Shown here: piece by piece, positions 19,807 through 28,764 of the stretch
Layout of the letters: the number at the start of each line of letters is the position of its first letter
How positions within the stretch are numbered: position 1 is the stretch's first letter
The notes under the pieces: generated by a model
Database searches by the model: none
The model's input: the letters and a program-made list of their open reading frames with translations, nothing else
Told to the model about the DNA's origin: nothing
NCBI GenBank assembly: GCA_964448865.1
Contig: CAYUXO010000004.1
Coordinates: 1 to 54,907 of the forward strand
Length of the DNA stretch: 54,907 nucleotides
Direction: 5' to 3'
Origin: an uncultured Anaerolineales bacterium
GTDB lineage: Bacteria; Chloroflexota; Anaerolineae; Anaerolineales; UBA11858
Made by a program: the position numbers and the translations under genes

Positions 19807-19948
19807 TCTCCCCAAAATTTCCCCTTTTACCTAAAATCCTCTTGAATTTGAGATAATTTCTGGTATTTTCTCTTTAACTATCCTTACTCCCGGCTTCTGG
19901 TATAATTGCCGCTGTCTAGTGACAAAAATATCAACAAAGAGTGATCTT

Positions 19949-21079
19949 ATGGCACAAACAAACAGAATCTGCCCCACCTGCGGCACCCGCGTCAAGGATG
20001 GCGCTGAACGCTGCCTGGTATGCGGCAGCGGCCTTAGTGGAGCGAAAAAAGACGCCCAGGTAGTCAGCGGCGGACGTATGCCTGAAATTACCGTCGGTCT
20101 GCCGATCGCGATCGGCCTGGTAGTAATATTCCTGGCGATTGGCGCAGGAATGGTGTATCTGGCCCTGCAACAGACTGGTGCCATGGCTGATACCACCATA
20201 ACCCCGACACTGACCGAAACAGTCACCGTAACACCCACTACCACCCCGGCACCTCCCACGGTAACTCCTTCGCCAATGCCCAGCCCAACACCATTAACCT
20301 ATATCGTCGCACCCAATGACACCTGCCTGGCCATTGCTGTCAGGTTTGAAGTATCCATTAAATCGATAGTGCTGCTCAATAACATTCCTGCCTCTTGCGA
20401 TACTCTCTATGAAGGTCAGGAACTATACATTCCCCACCCAACTCCAACAGCTACATCCTTCCCGACTGCAACATTAAGCGGAATTGAAGGTACCCAGGCG
20501 GCCTGCGACAAGGTTGTCTATGAAGTTGGAGAAGGCGACACACTCGGCAGCATCTCCCTGAATTACAATGTGCCGGAAGCTGCCATCAAATCTTACAATG
20601 GCATGGTCAGCAACACAGTTTACGAAGGATTAACCCTGATTATCCCTCTTTGTGAACGGGCAGCAACTCCCGGTCCTTCCCCCACTCCTACACCACCGCC
20701 GCCTTACCCGGCGCCTAATCTACTGCTGCCTTCGGATGGCGGGGTATTCTCACTAAGCGACAACCAGGTTACCTTGCAGTGGTCTTCTGTGGGATTGATC
20801 AATGCAAATGAAGCTTATCAGGTTTCGGTAATGGATCTGACTGAAGGCACCGGACGTAAACTCGTGGGTTATGTAACCGATACCAAGTTCATTGTTCCTG
20901 GATCCTTCCGGGCCAACGATGATTCCCCCCACATATACCGCTGGACCATCAGCACGGTCCGTCAAGTGGATGTGGACGAAAATGGCAACTCGATCTGGGA
21001 AGCTGCCGGCAGCGAAAGCGAAGCCCGGGTCTTCATCTGGACCGGTGAAACCGCAATTGAAGCAACACCGACGCCCTGA
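19949..21079 (+). CDS. Membrane-anchored LysM protein with N-terminal zinc ribbon and Thr/Pro-rich linkers
   Basis: CPTC...CLVC, one TM helix, two LysM domains (YIVAPNDT, YEVGEGDTL), C-terminal Ig/FN3-like region; TGGTATAAT upstream. Confidence 0.8.
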   Translation: MAQTNRICPTCGTRVKDGAERCLVCGSGLSGAKKDAQVVSGGRMPEITVGLPIAIGLVVIFLAIGAGMVYLALQQTGAMADTTITPTLTETVTVTPTTTPAPPTVTPSPMPSPTPLTYIVAPNDTCLAIAVRFEVSIKSIVLLNNIPASCDTLYEGQELYIPHPTPTATSFPTATLSGIEGTQAACDKVVYEVGEGDTLGSISLNYNVPEAAIKSYNGMVSNTVYEGLTLIIPLCERAATPGPSPTPTPPPPYPAPNLLLPSDGGVFSLSDNQVTLQWSSVGLINANEAYQVSVMDLTEGTGRKLVGYVTDTKFIVPGSFRANDDSPHIYRWTISTVRQVDVDENGNSIWEAAGSESEARVFIWTGETAIEATPTP

Positions 21080-21101
21080 TGAATAAAGTACTTTTGATAA
21101 T

Positions 21102-21128
21102 AAAACCCGGACTTAGGTCCGGGTTTTT
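21102..21128 (+). terminator. Intrinsic terminator
   Basis: AAAACCCGGAC-TTAG-GTCCGGGTTTTT. Confidence 0.8.
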
Positions 21129-21198
21129 GGTTTAACGACATCTAATTTGTAAATTTTGAGATGTTAGCCGTTAGCAATGACTATTATTCAGTTCCAGA

Positions 21199-21406
21199 TC
21201 CCGGTCGGAAGCTCAGCTTCCTCCGGTCTTTTAACTATGTATCTCTGGAACAGGAGATTGCCACGGGTGCTGCGCACCCTCGCAAAGACAGTATTTCATC
21301 CGGTCCTCGGTCGGAAGCCCAGCTTCATCCGGTCTCCGGTCCCGTTCCGATGGTTCTACAATTCAGGGGATTGCTTCGTCCACTCCGCTCCCTCGCAAAG
21401 ACAGTA
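21199..21406. repeat. Alternating B-A-B-A mosaic of two palindromic repeat types
   Basis: B = CGGTCGGAAGCyCAGCTTCmTCCGGTCT (two copies); A = GGrGATTGC...CCCTCGCAAAGACAGTA (two copies). Confidence 0.7.
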
Positions 21407-21407
21407 A

Positions 21408-23978
21408 TTAACCCGTTCTCCGTCTTTTTATCCACCTCACACTATTCGACCGGCAGGAAGGACAAATTCTTTCCTGGTCAGAATTGTAGATTACATCCCA
21501 GGATTCGCCGCAAACCAGGCATTGGAATTCAGCTGGTTGGTTTTCGTCTTTCGGCCGGGGATTGCGAGGACCGGGAATCCGACTGTCTTTCAATAACTCC
21601 CGGGTATTGGAAATCATTTCCGGGGTCACCTCCAGGCGTTTCTCTTCAGACTGTTCCATGATATGCTGCCAGCGTTTCCCTTCTGCTGCGGAACACCATT
21701 CCAGCTGCAATCGTGAAGGATCCAGTTCCAGCTTTTCCATACCATCCCAGAGGCCATCCAGCCGGCGGGTAGTGCTTCGGTTAGCGTCAATATAATGACA
21801 GTCCACATAATGGCATCCCGAGACCAGCACCACTGGAGCCCCTTTGCGAAAGGCATACCATACAAAATCCGGACTCACTCTACCGGAGCACATGGTACGG
21901 ATGATGATGGCATTGGGGGGATAAGCCATCCGCCCCACTCCGGCTGTATCCGCGCCGGCATAGGAACACCAGTTGCAGGCAAAAGTCACTATGTTATCAC
22001 CAGGATTCTCTTCCAGCATAGCATCAATCTGGGCATAAATGGCCTGGTCTGAAAAGTGTCTCATGGCAATGGCGTTAAATTTGCATTCCGCTGCGCAGGT
22101 TCCACAGCCAGTACAGGCAGCGGTGATAACCTCAGCCAGTTGGCCTTTTTGCCAGGTAATGGCACTGAAAGGGCAGACATCCGCGCAGATACCACACAGT
22201 TTACAAAGATCTTCTTCTACCACAGCCGTTATGGCATCCACTGAAAACTCATCTTTATTGAGCAGGATCGCTGCCCGCGAAGCGGCAGCGCTGGCCTGGG
22301 TAACACTCTCCCTGACATCTTTGGGACTCTCTGCGCCGCCAGCGATAAAGACTCCCTTGGTTGGTGTATCGACCGGGCGCAGTTTGGGATGAGCTTCCCG
22401 CAAAAACCCACTGGGGGATTTGGAAAGACTGACCATCTGCCGGATAGTCTCTGTATTTCTTCCCGGAACAGCTCCAACTGCCAAAACCAACATATCAAAG
22501 ATGTGCGATTCCAGGCGGTTGCTGGTGGTATTTTCCACCAGCAGGTGCAGGTCACGGGTCTCGGGATCTTCAGATATTTCACCTGGCAATCCCCTGATAT
22601 AAGTTACTCCGGAACTTTTACTGCGCATCAACAACTCTTCAAAACCTTTTCCGAAGGCCCGCAAATCTGTATAAAAAACCGTCGATTCCACTTCTGGATA
22701 GGTATCATGCAAATACTGGGTAGACTTGATGGTATTCATACAGCAGATATTGGAACAATAGGGATTGCCCCGCTCTGGATCCTGGGTCCTTGATCCTACA
22801 CATTGTATGAAACCAACTTTTTTAGGAAATGCCAGGTCACTGGGGCGGCTCAAATGTCCTTCCAGGGGGCCGCTGCTGCAGATCAACCTCTCAAACTCCA
22901 GGCTGGTAACAACATTCTCATAACTGGAATATCCATATTCATCCAACGGTGTGGGATCATAGATATCCATGCCGGTAGCCACCACCACCACACCGACATC
23001 GACCTCGATGATCTCATCACTCATGGCAAAATCAATGCAGCCTTTTTCACAGGCTTCGATGCATTTTCCACAGGCGATGGGGTTTTGTCCCAGGCATTCA
23101 TTGGCATTGACGATATATGCTGAAGGTACCGCCTGGGGAAAGGGCAGAAATATTGCTCGGCGACTTCCCAAACCTACCTGGTACTCATCCGGAATGACAA
23201 CAGGACAAACCTCGACACAATCACCACAGGATGTGCATTGGGTTTCATCCACATAACGGGCTTTTTTCCGGATCCGGACCATAAAATTTCCTACATAACC
23301 AGATATATCTTCAACTTCTGAGTATGCTAGTAATTTGACTTTGGGATGTCGACCGACATCCATCATTTTGGGTCCAAGTATTCAAATACTACATTCTATA
23401 TCCGGATATACCTTGTCGAGCTGAGCCATGATCCCGCCAATGCTCGGCTGCCGTTCCACCAGGTAAACCTGGTGCCCAGAATCTGCCAGGTCCAGGGCTG
23501 CCTGAATGCCGGCCACTCCTCCTCCGATCACAAGAGCAGCATCCGTAACCTGGATCTGCTCCTCTTCCTGGGGAATCAACCAGCGCGATCTGGCCACTGC
23601 CACTTTAAGGATCCGTTTAGCTTTCGCAGTAGCAGCCTGACCATTTCCCGGGGTCACCCAGGAACAATGCTCCCGGATATTAGCCATCTCCAACAAATAG
23701 GGATTTAGCCCCGCTCCGGTTATGCAATTTCGGAAAATCACCTCATATGATGTGGGTGAGCAAGAAGCTACCACGACCCGGTTCAGATTATTTTCCCGGA
23801 TCGCCTTCTGGATCTCCTTCTGTCCTGGATCAGCACAGGTGTACTTATTGCGAATTGCGGTGACAACTCCCGGCAGGCCAGCGGCATACTCACGCAGAGC
23901 TTCCGTGTCAACAGTTCCGGCTATATTAGACCCACAATCACAGACAAAAACCCCGATGCGTATATTAGTATCTGCCAA
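21408..23978 (-). CDS. hdrA: Selenocysteine-containing HdrA-MvhD fusion flavoprotein (856 aa, Sec199)
   Basis: ORFs 23382-23978 and 21408-23366 are in frame across one TGA: LDKVYPDIECSI-U-ILGPKMMDVGRHP. Has CDCG, IREHCSW, GGGVAG, QCVGSR, CSNICC, HPKLRP, ferredoxin motifs and MvhD motifs (CNWCSY, MCSGR, GCH..DCHY). Confidence 0.9.
23344..23384 (-). promoter_or_regulatory. Sec UGA codon plus bacterial SECIS-like hairpin
   Basis: UGA (23384-23382), 20 nt, then perfect stem GGAUGUC-GGUC-GACAUCC (23361-23344). Confidence 0.8.
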
Positions 23979-24032
23979 AGAACCCCTCCTTTTTTCTGCT
24001 TCTTCGATAAACCTAAATGAATATTCCTGTTG

Positions 24033-25178
24033 TCAAATCGTTTCAGCAATAATTGTAGCCAGGTCCCTGATCTGCACCGTTTCCTCCTCCCGGAGGGGGT
24101 CCTTCTGGGCGCATTTCAGATGGATCTGGCATTTGATACAAGTAGTAATCAGGATATCCGCTCCAGTTGACCTGGCTTCCGATAACCGCTCTGATTGGAT
24201 CTTTTTGTTTACCTGTCCGCAGGTTGACCAGCAGCTGGTACCGCAGCATATGCTGGATTGGCGGTTGTGATCCATTTCAACCAGCTCATATCCCGATTGC
24301 CGGATTAAATCCCGGGGCTGCTGGTAGATCCCTGAAAATCTACCCAACCGGCAGGGATCCTGATAGGTTGCTGAGCCATTTTCAATCCTTGCTTCTGCTC
24401 TCCCCTCACTGGCAAATCCAGACTGCTCAAGCAATTCAACCAGATGCAATACCTGCAGACCATGGTCTCCAACCTGTTCCGGATAAGTATGTTTGAGGGT
24501 ATAGGCACACTCCGGGCAGGTGGTGATAATCCTCTTTGCTCCTGATTCTTTAATTATTTCCAGGTTTAATCCCGCCAATCTCTGGAAATTTTCCATATCT
24601 CCCTGCCAGAATTGGTCATGGCCACAGCAGCGTTCATTTTCAAGCAGAATAGGTTCAATTCCAAGATGATTGAAAATTTTGACTGCTGCCCGGGCTATTT
24701 CAATTCCTTCAATACCTAAACCTGCAAAAGCTTCCTGATAATAGGGCAGACAACCCGGGAAATATATAGTGTCAGAATCTTTACTTGTCCGAAGATCACC
24801 ACCTAACCAATCCAGACGATTCTGGGATAAATTTGGGTCCGTCATTAAACGACCCCAGGTCTGGATCATCCCGCTGTGGGTGCAATCCCCGGAGAGGTTT
24901 TTGTTTCGGGCTATTTGACGGGCATCCTGGATAAAGGAAGAAAAATCCACCAGGGAGGGACATATTTCACTGCAGCGCTGACATGTTAAACAGGACCACA
25001 ATAGCGGATCATCCAGAACAGGATCTTCCCCTGAGCTGACGGCAGTCTCCACCAGCAGCCTGGGGCTGGTATAGCCGTCGACAAGATGGATGGTAATCGG
25101 ACAAACAGAACTGCATTTTCCGCAGTCCAGGCACAACCAGGCCCGATTGGTCTGAATGATCTCCTTAAATGGATCCAT
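24033..25178 (-). CDS. HdrD-like Fe-S oxidoreductase (2x[4Fe-4S] plus two CCG domains)
   Basis: CLDCGKCSSVCP, CLTCQRCSEICP, FPGC, RCCG, TTCPEC, YQDPCRLGR, ICCG, TTCIKC. Confidence 0.88.
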   Translation of the reverse strand: MDPFKEIIQTNRAWLCLDCGKCSSVCPITIHLVDGYTSPRLLVETAVSSGEDPVLDDPLLWSCLTCQRCSEICPSLVDFSSFIQDARQIARNKNLSGDCTHSGMIQTWGRLMTDPNLSQNRLDWLGGDLRTSKDSDTIYFPGCLPYYQEAFAGLGIEGIEIARAAVKIFNHLGIEPILLENERCCGHDQFWQGDMENFQRLAGLNLEIIKESGAKRIITTCPECAYTLKHTYPEQVGDHGLQVLHLVELLEQSGFASEGRAEARIENGSATYQDPCRLGRFSGIYQQPRDLIRQSGYELVEMDHNRQSSICCGTSCWSTCGQVNKKIQSERLSEARSTGADILITTCIKCQIHLKCAQKDPLREEETVQIRDLATIIAETI

Positions 25179-25180
25179 TA

Positions 25181-25582
25181 TTAACCCTGGATTATTCTTT
25201 CTGCTGACATTATCAGGTCTAAATCACTCACAAAACTCTCTCCATCGTTGGCTTTGAGAAGGGAAAACTGGAGCTGGTTTTCTCTGTAGCCCAGCAATTT
25301 CAGTATGGCACTGGTTTCTTGATATACACTCCGGGCGGCCTGATTGCCGGAATTATGCTGGCATTCCCCTTCAGAACAGCCAACCAGATAAACTCCATCT
25401 GCTCCATTTTCAAAGGCTTTTAAGATTATTCCAGGTGTTATGCGCCCCAGGCAGGCCAGTCTAATGGGATAAACCGCAGTTGAATAAGATAAGCGCTTTG
25501 TACCGGCGTCTTCCAGGCTGCTGTACCCATTCCAATTACAGCTAAACACAATGATCTTTTTTTCCGGTTTCTTTTTGCTCAT
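25181..25582 (-). CDS. mvhD: MvhD/FlpD family [2Fe-2S] subunit
   Basis: IIVFSCNW, IRLACLGRI, AFENGADGV.LVGC.EGEC; start placed at ATG 25582. Confidence 0.85.
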   Translation of the reverse strand: MSKKKPEKKIIVFSCNWNGYSSLEDAGTKRLSYSTAVYPIRLACLGRITPGIILKAFENGADGVYLVGCSEGECQHNSGNQAARSVYQETSAILKLLGYRENQLQFSLLKANDGESFVSDLDLIMSAERIIQG

Positions 25583-25583
25583 T

Positions 25584-28500
25584 TCACACCAGGATTCTTT
25601 CCAGTATGTGTTCCAGCTCATTATCCTGTTGAGTTCCGGGAATGATGGCCCCGGATGGGCAATGGGCTGTACAGATTCCACAATCAAAACACAATAATGG
25701 GTTGATATAAGCTGAACTGATTTCTCCAACTTTGATTACTTCGGGAATCCCAAATCCGCAGATATCCTGGCAGGTCCCGCAAGACCGGCAGCGCTTAGGA
25801 TCCACTTCAGCTGCTGGTTGTTTCACGCGGCTTGAAACTTTGCTGATCCAGGCTTTAATTCTGGCTGCGGCCCCTGTTCCGCTTACCTCAGGTGGCAGTT
25901 CTGGCGAGCAGATCACCAGACCGTAATCTACCGTATCCAGACTCATGCGCGTGCCTGACATCAGGAGCCGCTGATTGGATAATAAAAGAGACTTTGAAAT
26001 GTGGTCCAGCTCAGCTCCGCTTCCCGGGGCCAGGACCAGGCAGTCTGTCCGGTAGCTACCATCAGGCCAATCCGCCCGATAATGACCACCCACCCTGATT
26101 ATTTCCCCTGCCATTACCTCAGCGATATCAGATACTAAGCCAAGCTTTGCCAGGGAATCTTGACAGTACTTCGCAGATGCCCCATTACCTACGATCAGAA
26201 TGCTGTTTGGTATAGCAGATGGGTCTGGTTTGCCGTTTTTTCCGCCAGGTACCCTCACCAGGGCGGACCGGATCAATACCCGGGCAGCAGCGGTGGTCTT
26301 TTTCTTGTTCCGGGGATGTGCCCAGGCACACTGTTCCCGAATATTGACAAATTCAATGGGCAGGGATCTAACCAAAGACCTGAAGATGCCCAGGTTTTCT
26401 TTGCAGCGCAAACGCTGGTAGGTACAACTGTGGCAAATTTGATCCAGGGAACAACAGCTGCAGGCAGCCAGGATGATCCTTTCCAGGTTGTTCTCCCGGG
26501 CAATTCTTCTGATGACGGCTGCGCCATCAGCTGTGCAAGAAAATGGCAGTTCCCTGGCATAATCGATTTCTGGCCAGGATAAGGCTTCTTTGCAGATACC
26601 GGCTGTATCCACTAAGGAAGAAATCTCTTCTCCGCACTGGCAGACGATCAATCCTGTTTTATTCTCACCCACCCGGTCAGCTGGTTCATATCCATCGAAA
26701 AGGATCTTATTAATAAAGCCGTCCTTTTCCATCACCTGGTAAGCAGATGCTGATCCTGCCAGCGGATCAGGTGCTGCCATGATTATCAAGTCTTGCCGGG
26801 ATGCGGGCAGAGAGAGATCATCTGCTGCGATCACTGCGGAGACATGGATTGACCAGGTAGAAGCTTTTTGGTTGTGGATCACAGCACCGGGCTCACATAT
26901 TTCCACGCAGGCCATACATTCACTGCAGGGACCACAAGCCAGGCAGCGCCCCGCTTCTTGAAGAGCACTCTTTTCACTCAATGCCAGATCAACCAGTTGG
27001 AAATTATTCAACCGGTCATTTACAGGCAGACTTGGAATGGATTTTCGCGCCTGATGGGCTTTTTCTATGTTATCAAGCCGATATTCCATCTCTTCCTGAC
27101 TGAGAATTACTTGCTCCCTATCTTTTCCGTGTTCACTAGTTTGACCCATTAGATAATTATGGATGGAATGGGCAGCCCGGTGGCCTTCTCCAACTGCATC
27201 AACTACAAAAGTAGTGTTACCCAGTCGGAAATCTCCCGCTGCAAATAGACCCTCCAGCGGGGTCATCAGCCGATCATCAGTCTGAACTTCACGGCCATTA
27301 TCCCTAATTAATCCCTTATCAAGGGGTAAAAATGAGGGGTCAATCTTCTGCCCCAGAGCCCAGATCACCAGATCTCCCGGAATAAGATGTTCCGTACCCT
27401 CCAACTCTTTAAACTGGCGCTTACCATCCACCACATCGCCAACTTCGGCTTCCAGGCAAAGAACACCCTCAATTTTCTTTTTATCCAGGCTGATTTCCTT
27501 AAAAACTCTTCCTTTGATAATTTCAATGCCTTCTTCAATAGTTGCCTGAAGTTCGTGATCCGATGCCCGAATTCCCCGGCAAAGAACCTTAACCTCATCA
27601 ACCCCTAATCGCAGGGCAGATCGGGCTGCATCCAGTGCGACATCTCCCCCTCCAAGGACAATCACCGTGCGGCCTGTCAGCTTATCACCTTTACCAAAAC
27701 TGACCCGTTTCAAAAAATCCAGGCTGAGCCAGTTATCCTTGTGGTCAGCGTTCTTGATGTCTGGTTTAAGAGCTACAACAGCACCTGCCGCGGCCAAAAC
27801 CGCATCAAAACCATCGTCCATCAGTCCGGGTATATCATCCACCCAGGTATTCAGCTTCAGATCTATTCCCTCTGCCAGGATACCCTCGATTTCCCAGCTC
27901 AATTGCTCGTGAGAAACCCGGTGGGGAGGTATACCCACACGCATCATACCTCCCGGTTCGGGATTGGCATCAAAGATTTTGACCTCATGACCCATTCGGG
28001 CCAAGTCCCGTGCCGCAGTCAGTCCGGCCGGTCCCGCTCCAATAATGGCAACTTTCTTTCCGGTAGGTTCCCGTTCAGGTGGCGGATCACCATCATTTTC
28101 TTCCTGATGATCGAAAGCCCAATCAGCCAGATAATGTTTGAGAGCCATGATATTCACAGCCTGGTCAAGCTGGCCACGGGTGCAGGCAGTTTCACAAAGG
28201 TGATTACAAACCCTTCCGCAAACAGAGGGGAAAGGCAGAGCATCATGGATCAGATCATAGGCCTCCCGGTAACGTGCTTGACCTACCAGCGCAACATAGC
28301 CCTGGACATGAATGCCTGCCCTGCAGGCATTGGAGCAGGGAGACACTCCCGCTTTTGCGATCACAGCACAATCTGGCTGTCCACCAAAATAAATTGCTTT
28401 CAGGTCAGTTCCTGGAATGGTGATCGGGCAAACTTCCAGGCAATCACCACATGCTGTGCACTTTTCCAGGTCAATATAACGGGGACTCTGGTTGAGATCC

Positions 28501-28748
28501 ACCTGAAAACCCCCGGCCACTTTTTCCAGGTTCAACACCTCAGAATTTGTCCAAACCTTGATCCGGGGATGTTTAAGAATTTCCAGCAGCCGGGTATTAT
28601 TTAAATGTGGTTGGTATCCATCCCCTAATATTTCCCCGATAAAAGGACCCGATTCCACCAGGTTAACAAACAGCCCAAAATCTGCCAGATCAGATGCTGC
28701 CTGGATTCCCGCCGGTGTGGTGCCTAGGATCAAGACCTCTTTTTTCAT
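25584..28748 (-). CDS. HdrL-like flavoprotein (HdrA fragments with an inserted GltD/NfnA-type NAD(P)H module)
   Basis: PRYID.EKCTACGDC..VCP, PC..AC, CGRVCNH.CE..C.R, IIGAGPAGL, GGGDVALD, FAAGD, CQCG, NIREQCAW, terminal 2x[4Fe-4S]. Confidence 0.82.
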   Translation of the reverse strand: MKKEVLILGTTPAGIQAASDLADFGLFVNLVESGPFIGEILGDGYQPHLNNTRLLEILKHPRIKVWTNSEVLNLEKVAGGFQVDLNQSPRYIDLEKCTACGDCLEVCPITIPGTDLKAIYFGGQPDCAVIAKAGVSPCSNACRAGIHVQGYVALVGQARYREAYDLIHDALPFPSVCGRVCNHLCETACTRGQLDQAVNIMALKHYLADWAFDHQEENDGDPPPEREPTGKKVAIIGAGPAGLTAARDLARMGHEVKIFDANPEPGGMMRVGIPPHRVSHEQLSWEIEGILAEGIDLKLNTWVDDIPGLMDDGFDAVLAAAGAVVALKPDIKNADHKDNWLSLDFLKRVSFGKGDKLTGRTVIVLGGGDVALDAARSALRLGVDEVKVLCRGIRASDHELQATIEEGIEIIKGRVFKEISLDKKKIEGVLCLEAEVGDVVDGKRQFKELEGTEHLIPGDLVIWALGQKIDPSFLPLDKGLIRDNGREVQTDDRLMTPLEGLFAAGDFRLGNTTFVVDAVGEGHRAAHSIHNYLMGQTSEHGKDREQVILSQEEMEYRLDNIEKAHQARKSIPSLPVNDRLNNFQLVDLALSEKSALQEAGRCLACGPCSECMACVEICEPGAVIHNQKASTWSIHVSAVIAADDLSLPASRQDLIIMAAPDPLAGSASAYQVMEKDGFINKILFDGYEPADRVGENKTGLIVCQCGEEISSLVDTAGICKEALSWPEIDYARELPFSCTADGAAVIRRIARENNLERIILAACSCCSLDQICHSCTYQRLRCKENLGIFRSLVRSLPIEFVNIREQCAWAHPRNKKKTTAAARVLIRSALVRVPGGKNGKPDPSAIPNSILIVGNGASAKYCQDSLAKLGLVSDIAEVMAGEIIRVGGHYRADWPDGSYRTDCLVLAPGSGAELDHISKSLLLSNQRLLMSGTRMSLDTVDYGLVICSPELPPEVSGTGAAARIKAWISKVSSRVKQPAAEVDPKRCRSCGTCQDICGFGIPEVIKVGEISSAYINPLLCFDCGICTAHCPSGAIIPGTQQDNELEHILERILV

Positions 28749-28764
28749 GGATTTCCCATTAAAC

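Noticed and set aside
21161-21661. 166-aa and 76-aa ORFs, or a CRISPR array, over the repeat mosaic
   Set aside because: The translations only mirror the DNA repeats and the longer ORF overlaps hdrA antisense; the repeats alternate in type and no cas genes are present
23382-23978. hdrA as a pseudogene or two separate genes
   Set aside because: The single TGA is in frame at a conserved Cys position with a SECIS-like hairpin, and there is no other lesion
27741-28604. 287-aa antisense ORF (and the other shadow ORFs in the track)
   Set aside because: Lies fully opposite a well-supported gene and has no recognisable motifs
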